Positions 13,331 to 25,578 of a stretch of 38,070 nt of DNA are shown here, piece by piece; the first letter of the stretch is position 1, and the number at the start of each line of letters is the position of its first letter. Under the pieces are notes generated by a model, which worked only from the letters and a program-made list of their open reading frames with translations, made no database searches and was not told where the DNA came from. The stretch lies in NCBI GenBank assembly GCA_023515795.1, contig JALGPX010000027.1:62001-100070 (forward strand), read 5' to 3'. A program made the translations under genes and the position numbers. The stretch is from Amoeboaphelidium occidentale (taxonomy: Eukaryota).

Positions 13331-16300
13331 ATGATACTGAACATAAGATACTTAATGATATGCCTGTTACCATACTATTTGGCACTGGATTACCAAAAGA
13401 GCTTTCTAGTCTCAAGTAATTCCTACTGTTTCAGCTCATGATCTCTTTTAGACCTATCCGCTGTTAATTACTGTGTAAAAGTTTACAAAGATACCATCAT
13501 TCACACAGCAAATACCGACTTATATCAGAGGTATTTTAACAGTGGTCGAATAATAAGAATCTTGAGAGGATCATCAGCATTGGTCAGGAACTTCTTGATT
13601 GCGAATGGAACAGATTTGCTTTACGCAGTTTCTTATGATAGTCAAGTCCAGGTCTGGAATCTTACATCTGGAACTTTAAACGGAAGGTTTTTGATCCCAG
13701 GAGGTTCTGAATTATACGCCCTGGCTCTGGCTCAGAGCTCCCTGTTTGTTGGTGGTACTGGTAGCAAAATCAACAGGTTGAACTTGCAGAACGGAAGAGT
13801 TTCGCAATTCTTCGATCTTCAGATGGACACAATTAGTGTCATGCTTGTGCACTCTCAGTTCCTCTTTGCAGGCACGATGTCATCCCGACTACGTTTAGGT
13901 CGATGGAGGTTAGCCTCTGGTGCACTCGATGGCACTTACGCAGGGCACACCAACCCCTTAGCTGCACTTTATATTGAAAATGATCGTTTATTCAGTGGAA
14001 GCTTTGATGGAGTCGTTTTTATGTGGGATTATATCTTTTTTGAAATTTTGGCAACATACAGAGGTAAACAGTAACTGTCTGACTTATTTTCTAGTACCCA
14101 TTATTGCCTTGTCTACTATTATAGTCAAACAAGGAAAGCTTTATGTTGGCGGAGGTGTCGATTTTGGAATTTACGTTTATGACGTTGAATCCACAAATCC
14201 AATGCGCGTATTGCGAGGTGCTATGAATAGTATTTTTTCGATGGAGTTCCATGATGATTTCTTAATCGCATCCGGGTCTCAGGGAAGCATTCATATATGG
14301 AACTTGACATCAGGATTACAGGTTGCGCAATATCAAGGTTAATTTTATTTCTTAAACTGATTTTAGGTTTTGACCCGAGGCTTCGACATGTAGTTGTTAC
14401 ATCAAGATCGGTTTTTACTATGGGCAATGCTGGAATACTTCAAGTTTGGGATAAAGAATCGGGCAATGAGAAATTATTGCAGTCATACGATGTAGGGTTT
14501 GGGATTTTTGCTGTTGCCATGTCGAAGGACCATCTTTACCTAGGAGGAACGGTTCTGCAAATTTTAGAATGGGACATAGAAACGATGCGTCCCCTTAGGA
14601 GTTTTTTAGGCCACCTCAATTCTGTTTCTTATTTACTGCTAGTTGATCAGATTTTGTACTCTGGTTCTAGAGATTACACTGTAAAATCTTGGGATATACA
14701 GAGTGCATCAGTCATAAGGGATTTTTTGGAACCAAATGACTATGCGATATACATTGCCGTTTCTCCCGAATGGCTTTATTCACTCGGCGGTGACAGTGGA
14801 TATCTCAGTCGCTGGAACCTAACAGATGGCACAAGGCGATTCCATAGATATGCTGCTTCGGATCGTAGCAATGCGAACTGTATGGCTATTACAGATGACT
14901 ACATTTTGGCTGGATTGGCCTCACAAATTTTCATTTTTAGAGCTGGAGATTTATCTTTGGTTACTACTCTTTCCCCGGGAAAGCAACTCGCTCCATACGC
15001 AATGATCGTTAACGGCGATATCTTGTATGTTGGGTACGTTAATGGAGATGTAGTTATTTGGAATTTGTACACTTTCGAACAAACTTTTACTATCAAAGGT
15101 CATTCAGACTATATTGCATCGTTTGAGATTGACAATAACAACCTCTTTTCTGTTTCGGGCGATGGAACGATGAAGCGATGGAATCTTGATAACTTGAGGC
15201 AGTCATTCACTTTTCGGGATCGTTCTAATGCAATTACTGCGATCTATCTGGCTGAAGGCAAATTATGGACAGGAACTTTACAGGGCAACGTAGATGTTTA
15301 TGATATCAGTACTGCTTTTCTTATAAACACACTTGAGCCTAAAGGTGGATCTATTCAGATATTCTTCGAGAACAAGAGTGGTGGCTTGAATGCATTAACA
15401 GAACAAGGCCGCGTCGTTGACCTCGAAAAACGTTCAACTATCGCAGAACTTAGGGTAGATGATAGAGTGATTTCTTCATTAATCTTTCGAGAAGTGCTCT
15501 ACTTCTCAGACAAATCGAACCATTTGAAAATGTGGAATTCTACTATGCTTTTAACACCAGAGATTATTTTCACTAGTTCTCAAGTTTCTATCGTCGCGAT
15601 AACGGCCGATGAAGAAAACGTTTACGTCGCTCAATCCGATTATGTAATAGTGGCTATTGGTCTTGTCGATAAAGCTGCATTGAGTAAATTTATTGGCCAT
15701 AAGGGGCAAGTTTTGTGTTTGCTATCATGGGGAGAGTACTTGCTTTCATCATCTGATGACAAAACTATTATTATGTGGCAAAAAAGCACAGGAGAACTTC
15801 GTACACAATTATCAAGGAGCCTAAATTCCCTTGGGCACCTTGGGGCTGTGAATTACATAGTTATCTGTGAATCGACACTGTTTAGCGGTGGAGCAGATAA
15901 TGTTGTTCGTCAATGGAATCTCGAAAGTTTGTCTCATGAAGACGTATTTGTCGGTCACACGAAGCAAGTTAATGTGATAATGTGTCATAACAGCTCTTTT
16001 GTATTTTCAGGAGGAGATGATCAAGCTATTTTCATGTGGGCTCCAAAGATTTCTCGCATCTCAGAAGCCACTCGGACAGCTACGCAATTAAGTGGTCAAA
16101 GTCTGGCAAGAAGTAGGAGAGCTGTATTTTCCGTCAAAGCCAACAACATCGCGGCCAATAGTATTGTAATAATCGGGGCTGTAGTATCAGCTGTAATTGC
16201 CATATTAGCTCTTGCTGTTTTGATTTTGAAGTTGCGAAAACTTCATTTCTGGCATTCTGTCAAGGACTTCGTCTTGAACTCCAACATTTCGGATTCGACA

Positions 16301-17898
16301 CAAAGCAGTCCTTCTGCGTATGATCCCACTCTTCTGAACACTGTTTTAGGTTTATCAAAGCCTGCGTATTTACTAGTTAAAGACGAAGAGCTAATTATGG
16401 AGCGGCAGATTGCTACAGGAGGTGGCGGTCAAGTTTTCATTGGTCGTTGCTTGTCCAAGCAAGCAATTAGTAGATCTGGTCGTGAGACTATTATTGTAAA
16501 GAAGACTGCTAATGATTATGAATCCTTGAGCAAAACTCAAAAATCCCTCTTCGACCAGGAAGTTTCTTTAATGGAGTATCTTGGGGCTAAGGATCATATT
16601 GCAAAAATTATTGGATACACTAATAGGCCATGCTGCATTCTGATGAAGTTCTATGCGGAGGGTTCTCTTGAAAATTGGATTGAAAAATTAACACCACTGC
16701 TAAGAGCACAATTCTGCTTGGATATTGCCAATGGTATCTTCAACATGCACTCGCTCCTTGTTGCACACTGCGATTTGAAGCCACAGAACATTTTAATCGA
16801 AACGATTGAGTACAAGTGCCAACGTCGACGCGTTTGTTTCTTGACAGACTTTGGTATTTCCAACATTCTGTCTGACACTATTCTTTCTTCAAGAAACTTC
16901 AATGTCGTGAATTTGCGTGGCTTATCTGTATACTACGCTTCACCAGAAGCCTTTACTAGATTTCGTCAGANAACAACATCGCGGCCAATAGTATTGTAAT
17001 AATCGGCGCTGTAGTATCGGCTGTAATTGCCATATTAGCTCTTGCTGGTTTGATTTTGAAGTTGCGAAAACTTCATTTCTGGCATTCTGTCAAGGACTTC
17101 GTCTTGAACTCCAACATTTCGGATTCGACACAAAGCAGTCCTTCTGCGTATGATCCCACTCTTCTGAACACTGTTTTAGGTTTATCAAAGCCTGCGTATT
17201 TACTAGTTAAAGACGAAGAGCTAATTATGGAGCGGCAGATTGCTACAGGAGGTGGCGGTCAAGTTTTCATTGGTCGTTGCTTGTCCAAGCAAGCAATTAG
17301 TAGATCTGGTCGTGAGACTATTATTGTAAAGAAGACTGCTAATGATTATGAATCCTTGAGCAAAACTCAAAAATCCCTCTTCGACCAGGAAGTTTCTTTA
17401 ATGGAGTATCTTGGGGCTAAGGATCATATTGCAAAAATTATTGGATACACTAATAGGCCATGCTGCATTCTGATGAAGTTCTATGCGGAGGGTTCTCTTG
17501 AAAATTGGATTGAAAAATTAACACCATTGCTAAGAGCACAATTCTGCTTGGATATTGCCAATGGTATCTTCAACATGCACTCGCTCCTTGTTGCACACTG
17601 CGATTTGAAGCCACAGAACATTTTAATCGAAACGATTGAGTACAAGTGCCAACGTCGACGCGTTTGTTTCTTGACAGACTTTGGTATTTCCAACATTCTG
17701 TCTGACACTATTCTTTCTTCAAGAAACTTCAATGTCGTGAATTTGCGTGGCTTATCTGTATACTACGCTTCACCAGAAGCCTTTACTAGATTTCGTCAGA
17801 AACTATTCGGCGACTCAAATCGTCTAAAGGCCAGCGATATCTACTCTTTTGGAGCCATAGTATACCACTTGTTGACACGAAAAGCTCCATGGAACTAG
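13331..17898 (+). CDS. Receptor-like kinase: signal peptide, extracellular WD40 repeats, one TM helix, protein kinase domain (about 1213 aa after collapsing the duplication)
   Basis: Exon 1 MILNIRYLMICLLPYYLALD is hydrophobic. Introns 13416-13451, 14064-14094, 14338-14366. Many GH..WD/WN repeats; TM IVIIGAVVSAVIAILALAVLIL followed by KLRK; kinase motifs TGGGGQV, IIVKK, HCDLKPQN, DFG, YASPE, SDIYSFG. 16142-16970 is repeated at 16972-17800 across a single N. Confidence 0.88.
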
Positions 17899-17944
17899 AA
17901 TATATAGCCTTGTCAATTTGTTTATTTACTTGCTTTTAGCCAAA

Positions 17945-19748
17945 TTATGCAAATGACTTGACAAAGTTTGGCATGATCTCATCCCTCAACTGCTTGTTCA
18001 ATTCATCATTGATCTTTCCTTCCTTGCTGATAGTTTCCAAAACATGAGGGAAACTCTGCTTGACGTACGGAATAATAGCTTGTTCAAATTCTCCAACCTT
18101 GTTCACAGGCAACTTGTCCAAGAAACCATTGACACCAGCGTAAATGATGATGACTTGCTCTTCCACAGGCAAAGGCTTGTACTGCTTCTGCTTCAACAAT
18201 TCAGTCAAACGAGCACCACGGTTCAATGTGAACTGAGTAGATGCGTCCAAGTCAGAACCGAACTGAGCGAAAGCTGCAACTTCACGGTATTGAGCCAAAA
18301 AGAGCTTCAAAGAACCTGCAACCTGCTTCATAGCTTTAATCTGAGCAGCAGATCCAACACGAGACACAGACAAACCGACGTTGATAGCAGGACGAACACC
18401 CTTGAAGAAAAGTTCAGCTTCCAAGAAGATCTGTCCATCAGTAATGGAAATGACGTTAGTTGGGATATAAGCAGAAACGTCACCACCCTGAGTTTCAATA
18501 ATAGGCAAAGCAGTCAAAGAACCCCCACCAAACTTCTTGTTCATCTTAGCAGCTCTCTCCAAAAGACGGGAGTGCAAGTAGAAGACATCACCAGGGTAAG
18601 CTTCACGACCAGGAGGACGACGCAACAACAAACTCATCTGACGGTAAGCAACAGCCTGCTTGGACAAGTCATCATAGATAATCAAAGCGTGCTTTCCATT
18701 GTCACGGAAGTGTTCACCCATGGTACAGCCAGAATATGGAGCCAAGAACTGAAGAGGAGCAGCTTCAGAAGCCGTAGCAGCAACAACGATGGAGTATTTC
18801 AAAGCATCGTATTGTTCCAAAGTCTGAACGAACTGAGCAACAGTAGATCTCTTCTGACCAATAGCAACGTAAACACAGTAAAGCTTCATGTGCTCTTGGT
18901 TACCATCGTTCCATCTCTTCTGGTTGATGATAGCATCCAAAGCAACAGCAGTCTTACCAGTTTGTCTGTCACCAATAATCAATTCTCTCTGACCTCTACC
19001 AATAGGAACCATAGAGTCGATACACTTGATACCAGTTTGCATAGGTTCGTTGACAGAGTGACGAGGAATAATACCAGGAGCCTTGACTTGCACTCTAGCT
19101 CTCTTGACGTTGGTAATTGGACCCTTTCCGTCAATAGGGTTACCCAAAGCATCGACAACACGACCCAAAAGACCTAACATTAAATCAGCAACATCTCCGA
19201 AAACAAACTAACCTTCACCCTGAGGAACATCCACAATGTTACCAGTTCTCTTGACGGTATCACCTTCCTTGATCAAACGATCGTTACCGAAAACGACGAT
19301 ACCAACATTATCCGGTTCCAGGTTCAGAGCCATACCCTAAAGATAAAAAAACAACTGATTAGCTTGCAAGCAGAAGCGAACCTGAACTCCGGATGAGAAT
19401 TCAACCATTTCTTCAGCCTGAACATTTCTCAAACCGTACACACGGGCGATACCATCACCAATGGACAACACACGGCCAGTCTCTTCCAAGTCCGAAGCTT
19501 TGCTGGTACCCAAGATTCTCTCTTCTAAAATCGAAGACACTTCCGAAGCAGCTGAAATTTAATGGAAACCATAAAAGAAATAATTACATGCTTTTGCCTT
19601 CACAAGGCCGCTAGCGGAGAACATTCTGAGTTGGGCTGCGGTGACGGCAGCAACTTTAGGCAGCTAAAATCAAATCAGAAAGTTCGCTAGTCAATAGGCT
19701 TACTCTTGTCAGACGCGTACGGGTAAGTTGAATTGATTTACGCAACAT
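17945..19748 (-). CDS. ATP1: Mitochondrial F1 ATP synthase alpha subunit
   Basis: [32 protein letters not shown]; Arg-rich transit peptide [15 protein letters not shown]. Introns 19664-19703, 19552-19587, 19337-19381, 19174-19212. Confidence 0.98.
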
Positions 19749-20426
19749 TTTCCTGTAGAGCCGTTGTGGATTAACTGGAACTTAAGAAAGTTGTTGTTTA
19801 CGAAAGAGAAATTTTGTTCGCTCTCGGCCGATGATGGAGTTTCGGTTGACGGCAAGGGATCGGTTTCATCAACGCTTCTGTAGTAGGCTCGAGTAAATAG
19901 CAGACTATTTGAATCGCTGCGTTTGGCCAAAGGCTTAATTCTTAAATTCAATATCTCATAAAGCTTAACCGTTTGCGTAATTAAATCTTAAATCAGCTTA
20001 ACATGTTTTAAAAGCGACAGTAAAATCTTCAATAATTCCCTCATGCTTTTAAGATGCTTTTAAACTAGGCGGCTTAAAAGCTGAATGGTTTTTACGATCG
20101 TGCTTTGCGTTTAAATTGACCGTGTCGCAAAGGTGTTAAGCCTTGATTGATCGAGCGCTCGCATGAGTCGTTCTAAAAGGCTTTTCTACAGGTTAATTGT
20201 GTTATCATTCCTGCTTTTACAGCTCGATGTTTTGCTTATGCTGAAATACACCCGTCTCAAGGGATTGATGTTTCATTTTCACGCTTTCAACTAGCTCACA
20301 GTCACTATGCTTTCTCAGAATAATTTTAGTCGAAACAGTAAAAGATAACATGAAGTTCAAATGATCGTTTTTCAGTTGCTCAAGATTACTTTGACTATTC
20401 ATCTTCTTTTTGACCTCTGATTCAGA

Positions 20427-21065
20427 ATGCTGAGATTATTTAGAAGATTCATACACGATCCAATAACTCCACCACAACAAGGTATTTCCGCAGTACTTTA
20501 AGAGTGCTTATTTGTAGTATGGAAGCCTGATATGGCACAAAAGGAAATCGCTTTGTTGAATAAGCTTAGATTGACGCGTCATAAATCTCCCGTGCCATCA
20601 GATGAGAAGCTGCCAATAGAAGACATACCAAAAGAAACAAAGACAGTCCTTCGAAGTATGTGGGAATCTAAAGGGCCTTTTTACGCTTTACTTCATTTGA
20701 ATACTCGGCCATATTACGTGACAAAGAACGATATATTAATTATGAAGAGGCTGCCAGGAGTCGAAGTTGGTGATGTTATATCATTGAAGAATGTAAGAGA
20801 ATTTGGTAATGCTTCTAGTTATGTGAGGGCCTCAGAAATCAACAGTTCTAAAAAGGATTTGGCTGGTTATGATTATGTTGATGAACGATTCTTTGATATA
20901 AAAGCTGTTGTATTAGAACAGTGCAAAAGTGCAAAGTACACGAAAGTTTTGAAGAGGCCTGGCAAAGGTGGAGGTGATCGTAAGTTCAGAAAGAGAAGCT
21001 ATCGCGATAATTTGAGTGTGGTCAGAGTGACTAAATGCGAGTTGAATGAAGAACTGTTCAAATAA
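20427..21065 (+). CDS. Mitochondrial ribosomal protein bL21m (yeast MrpL49-like)
   Basis: Exon 1 MLRLFRRFIHD (transit-peptide-like), intron 20482-20517; L21-like motif FYALLHLNTRPYYVTKND...VEVGDVISL...IKAVVLEQ. Confidence 0.78.
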
Positions 21066-21082
21066 AAGCTAAAAATTTCGTT

Positions 21083-23779
21083 TTATTGTTGTTGGAATAC
21101 AATTGGCTTACTTGTTGTACCGAATTTGGCAGTAAATGCTCTAACAGGGTGATAAGCGATCATGGAATCATCTTGCTTCAACTGTTCGCTCAAGACAACC
21201 TGGCCCGATAAATCTGTTTCTACAAACGCCAACATCAAGTCTTTATACTGCTCTCCTAGAAACTTCAAAGACTTTGCAAGGAAATAATCTTTTGTCTCGT
21301 TGCGTCTTGAACCAAGTTGGTGCTGAAATCTAAACAAGTAGTTGATCTCATTGTCTTTCAGTGAAGTGATTTGAACAGACAATATTAACCATTCCAACTC
21401 GGTGCTTTCTTTTCTTTTTTCAGAATTGCTACTTCCGTGGCTCGTTTTCAATACTTCGAATGGAAACCTGTTCAAAACTCTCGATTTGGCGCTTTTCGCC
21501 TTGGAGTCATCGTTCTTGGTAAAACTCAACACCACTCTTGAATTAACCACAGATTGATCATCCAAAGGCTCATCAACGCCTCTTCCGTCATCGTTAGATG
21601 TCCTGCGGTGAAGCATTAGTTCAACTTCGCCATTATGCTGGGAAGCTACTCCTAGGCATCGATCAGTTAGAAGCAACAAGTCCATAGTTTCGCAAAACAA
21701 ACTAGCAGAATCTGTTACAGGATAGAAATTAGCTGCGGGATTTTGGCTTCTTGATTCCCTTCCCATTCCAAACATTCCGTTACTTAAAGTGTTCAGTTTA
21801 CAATGTCCTGCACCCTTTACGAAAACTTTCATTACAACTTCTTGATCCTTCAATAAAGGACCAATACCGCTCAATACTTCAATTGAATCGCTCAATAGAC
21901 CCTGTTTGTGCAAACGGAATACCTGTGAAAATCCATCACAGGAAATCTTGATGTCCTCAAACAGATCAGTCTTCATAACCTCAAACTTCAAATCATCCAA
22001 ATCTTTGAATAATATCTCCGGATTCTTATCATTAGTTCTGAAAATATATGCGCCACTTTGTTGGCCTTCACCTTGATAGCTTTTGTATGCAAACAAGAAA
22101 GCGTCCATCTCGAAGCTCTTTCCTAACTGATGAACAACCATTCTAAGCCTCCCTTCACTTGTTTCCAATTGAATTTTTAAATAATCATTTGAAACAGTAA
22201 TTGGTGGAGCTATATCGGCCTTCTCATACTTCACGTGCTTAGACTGGTACTCGTCGCTCTCGATAAAATAGAAAGCTTTTGATAAACCAGCAACACCAGC
22301 ATAGAACATCAAGTCATAATTTTGGCGATAAATACCGCTAAAACCTGAAGCAGGGACTATGATGCTGGAAATCAAGTTTCTGTTTTGATCGTAGACAGCA
22401 TAATCAGCCTTGTCAACTGGAATCTTCACGAGCTCAATTGCATCGAAATCGACCGTATTGTAAACGTAAACTCCATTCAAGTTTCCATTCTTAGAGTTCA
22501 TACTTTCCAGCAACTTCAATAATTTCTCCTGTCCCTTTTCTAAATGAAGTTTGTACTGTTGGCTAACATACTCTTTGGATGTTCCTGTGATTCCATCATG
22601 ATGCTGTATTTCAGCGTCGACTAGGGCGACTTCTCGAACTACTTGAAACGCATCATTAATCAAGTTGTTGCTGTGTCTTCCTTTTAGCGCTTCCTTGGCC
22701 AGAACCATTTCAGTAAGTCTCAAAATTTGTTCGTTCCTTCTAGCTAGCATTTTCAAATATGCTTTGGATGCATGATAACCTGTCCAATAGGCATCATCTC
22801 CGTCAGCATAGGGAAAGAAGTCTTCATTTTCTGTTTTTGAAAATGAAATCTTACGTTTCAGTAACTCATCAAAGTAATCAGATAACGAGCTGTACTTTAA
22901 TTCCAAACCAAACTTATCAGAGTTTTCATTCACATGATTTATGATTCTGTCCCAATTGCTAAACTGTACCGTAGCATTTTGCCAACGAAAGTCATCACCA
23001 AGCAGTTGTAGAAAGATTGAATGATCTGGATATCTCAAAGCACGATCATGCCATTGTTTAACTAAGCCAGTGCAAAACTTGTGCAACGATTCTTCGTTTC
23101 CTAATGGAGGGTTGCTCTCAAAATCAGCATAAGGTGGAAAGCTGTAATGTTCGTCTAACAAATGTGCCAAAATTTCTGAATCACCAGCTTTCCATTGAAA
23201 CTCCATTTGATGTTTAGCTTCACGGCGTGATCTCTCGTCCTTATGAATACGATTAAGCACAACAGCATCGTAATCCAACTTCTTGAAAATGTATGGTGTT
23301 GACAAACTGTGTCCGAAAGGATCAATTTGCCATCCGAAACGAGGTCTCACTTGAAACGTTTCTTTCAGGTAACTTAAACCTGCACTCAACTGGTTCATAA
23401 TAGCCAATTCAGTAGTACAAGCCTCATCATTTACTACCCAACCACCATTAACAAATTCGAACTGTTTCGCGTCCAAAAGTTTTCTGAAGGTGTCCTTCAA
23501 TTCTGGTGTCAACGCATCGTACCAGCGACGGAAGAAAGCCATCTCCACAATTACGAACTTTCTACTTTTGTCCTTAGCCATTTCTTCCATCACCGAATCA
23601 TAAATTTCTTTAACTTGGCCGAAATAGTACTCGTCTATTGTTCGGACCCAACCAGGATCTTGATGGGAATGAGGCACTAAATGTACTTGAAGTTTCCTTA
23701 GCCTCGCGGTAGGTTCAGACAAATGCAATGGACTCCCTAAAACGCCTAATGCTCCAAATACGATAAGCAGCAACAGCAT
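21083..23779 (-). CDS. GH38 alpha-mannosidase, secreted/lysosomal (MAN2B-like) type
   Basis: VHLVPHSHQDPGW, WQIDPFGHS (nucleophile Asp), YWTGY, QHHDGITGT, ELMLHRR..DDGRGVDEPL. Signal peptide MLLLLIVFGALGVLG from 23779. Confidence 0.93.
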   Translation of the reverse strand: MLLLLIVFGALGVLGSPLHLSEPTARLRKLQVHLVPHSHQDPGWVRTIDEYYFGQVKEIYDSVMEEMAKDKSRKFVIVEMAFFRRWYDALTPELKDTFRKLLDAKQFEFVNGGWVVNDEACTTELAIMNQLSAGLSYLKETFQVRPRFGWQIDPFGHSLSTPYIFKKLDYDAVVLNRIHKDERSRREAKHQMEFQWKAGDSEILAHLLDEHYSFPPYADFESNPPLGNEESLHKFCTGLVKQWHDRALRYPDHSIFLQLLGDDFRWQNATVQFSNWDRIINHVNENSDKFGLELKYSSLSDYFDELLKRKISFSKTENEDFFPYADGDDAYWTGYHASKAYLKMLARRNEQILRLTEMVLAKEALKGRHSNNLINDAFQVVREVALVDAEIQHHDGITGTSKEYVSQQYKLHLEKGQEKLLKLLESMNSKNGNLNGVYVYNTVDFDAIELVKIPVDKADYAVYDQNRNLISSIIVPASGFSGIYRQNYDLMFYAGVAGLSKAFYFIESDEYQSKHVKYEKADIAPPITVSNDYLKIQLETSEGRLRMVVHQLGKSFEMDAFLFAYKSYQGEGQQSGAYIFRTNDKNPEILFKDLDDLKFEVMKTDLFEDIKISCDGFSQVFRLHKQGLLSDSIEVLSGIGPLLKDQEVVMKVFVKGAGHCKLNTLSNGMFGMGRESRSQNPAANFYPVTDSASLFCETMDLLLLTDRCLGVASQHNGEVELMLHRRTSNDDGRGVDEPLDDQSVVNSRVVLSFTKNDDSKAKSAKSRVLNRFPFEVLKTSHGSSNSEKRKESTELEWLILSVQITSLKDNEINYLFRFQHQLGSRRNETKDYFLAKSLKFLGEQYKDLMLAFVETDLSGQVVLSEQLKQDDSMIAYHPVRAFTAKFGTTSKPIVFQQQ

Positions 23780-23868
23780 TTTCCAGAAACTGCGACATGA
23801 GAATTTGCAACAAGCCACCAATTAAACGGTTTCAAAAAATCTATTCCGAAATTTCGAGTTTGAAAAGA

Positions 23869-25304
23869 CTAAGAGCCCCAGCGCTTCTCTCTTAGGCCCC
23901 AACCTACGCGCCTGATGTAATAAATCGCGACGCTGGAGGCAGCATGAAGAGCGATCATAGAAATGCCAACATAAAGAATAAGTTGCATATTGCCATACAC
24001 TTCGGAAAGTTGCGGAAAGTTTACAGAATTGTACATCAATGATGCAGTTCCGTTAATCGCCCCGGTATCATTCAGCAGCGTAGTGTTATTCAGCAGCGTA
24101 GTGTTATTCAGCCACGTAGTATTATTCGGCAACATAGTATTATTCAGCAACATAGTATCATTCAGCGTCACATTGTAGTAAGGATCATATGAATCAATTA
24201 TAATTTCTGTAGAATTTGTAAAGTTTCCGGAAATCATATACGACGCGTCTGTTAGTTGTCTTGTAATCCATGAACCAGAACAATATGTTATGATGATACC
24301 TATAATTCTTAAAGGCTTTACAGAATAGAATACCTTCTGTGATGAAAATAACCTCCATAACTGGATCAGCAACGTAAGATCTAACCATCGTTGTGAAAAG
24401 AGTAGTTACGAAGTTGTAAGCCGTATCTGCTTTGTTTTGTACTTCTTTCCGACCAGCGTAAATACGATACGTAGCTAGAGCAACTCTGATTCCAAGCATG
24501 AATCCAACGATATTAATTAATGGCCATCCGAAAAGGATGCCACCAGTCGGTTCGCTTCCCAGCAAACGCCTGTATTGGTATGCAGCAGACAATGCAGCAC
24601 CAACTGCAATCGTTAAAGCTCTTCCAAGCACGTTTCCCAAAGTATGGGTGCCAGCAAGAATCATAGCTAAATAAGAAACTTCCTCGTTTCCGTTAAAATT
24701 GGTTCCTGGTCTGGCAAAAAGAGATCTGTGCCATTGCTGCTCTGTCAAAGTCTTGATAGCCATAAGCAGCGAGAAGATAATGGTTGCAATTTGAATCGAA
24801 ACTGCTCCAAAATTTTGAGCGTTTGGGCCTCTAGAACCATCTGCATCAACGTATCCATGTAACAAGATGTAAAGCTGAAGATAGAGTTGCGGTACAGATT
24901 CAAACACCACTTCGATAACAGAGTTGACTTGGAACATGGTGAATGTTTGCCTGATGTTACTGATGGATTCTCTTATGATAATACCATAAAACAGAAGTAA
25001 CCAATGAGCCTGAACCAATGATGCAACAGCTAAGATGTACCTGATATTGACCGGAGTCTTCAATATCTGATATGACAGTGCCTAAAAGATCAGTGAAACA
25101 TCCATCAGGTATTAAACAGCTTACCAACGAAGATAGTATGACGATAATCGCAGAAAGAGTGAACCATACCCATGAGTTTGATTTAACGGAGTCTTGATAG
25201 TAGATGGATAGGAGGATTATATCTGACCACACATCGACAATGGATAGAACACCTGTGGACACAGACTGCATTCCCAGAATTGTTCTTTCACTGAGACCGA
25301 ACAT
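23869..25304 (-). CDS. XK-related multipass membrane protein (Xkr scramblase family), paralog 1
   Basis: DVWSDI..., IEVVFESVPQLYLQLYILL (XK ExxxEsxPQLxLQ motif), multiple TMs. Introns 25082-25124 and 24300-24333 join three ORFs. Start uncertain. Confidence 0.78.
24065..24165 (-). repeat. 18-bp coding tandem repeat (about 5.5 units)
   Basis: Units such as ttcagcagcgtagtgtta encode NDTMLL NNTMLP NNTTWL NNTTLL NNTTLL NDT. Confidence 0.9.
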
Positions 25305-25578
25305 AGTATTAGTTTCTGACAAAGTTAAAACTAAAATTGGCCTACCGGTGAACGTTGGTCATCCGTTGCTATGCAGGCAGTCTGCAACAAGACCATGCAG
25401 CCTCAAGATTAAATGATAGAATCATCAAGTGATACTGATATTAGATTGAAAAACGTTGCATTATTACTTAATATTGCTATCTTAAGCGCAAAAGATTCGG
25501 CCAGGAGCATGTATGGAGTGTGCAGTTTGCCCTACTGATAAGAATTCTATTAGATCAATGTGATCACATTAAAAAAAC

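Noticed and set aside
16142..17800. Apparent 830-bp tandem duplication giving two TM-kinase modules
   Set aside because: Copies are nearly identical and joined by a single N; typical unmerged contig or haplotype overlap.
18044..19177. 377-aa antisense ORF over ATP1 (and a 275-aa one over HSP90 at 1625-2452)
   Set aside because: Antisense shadow ORFs expected from the codon bias of highly expressed conserved genes.
24065..24165. Short periodic repeat as a possible CRISPR-like array
   Set aside because: No spacers; it is an in-frame 18-bp coding repeat in a eukaryotic gene.
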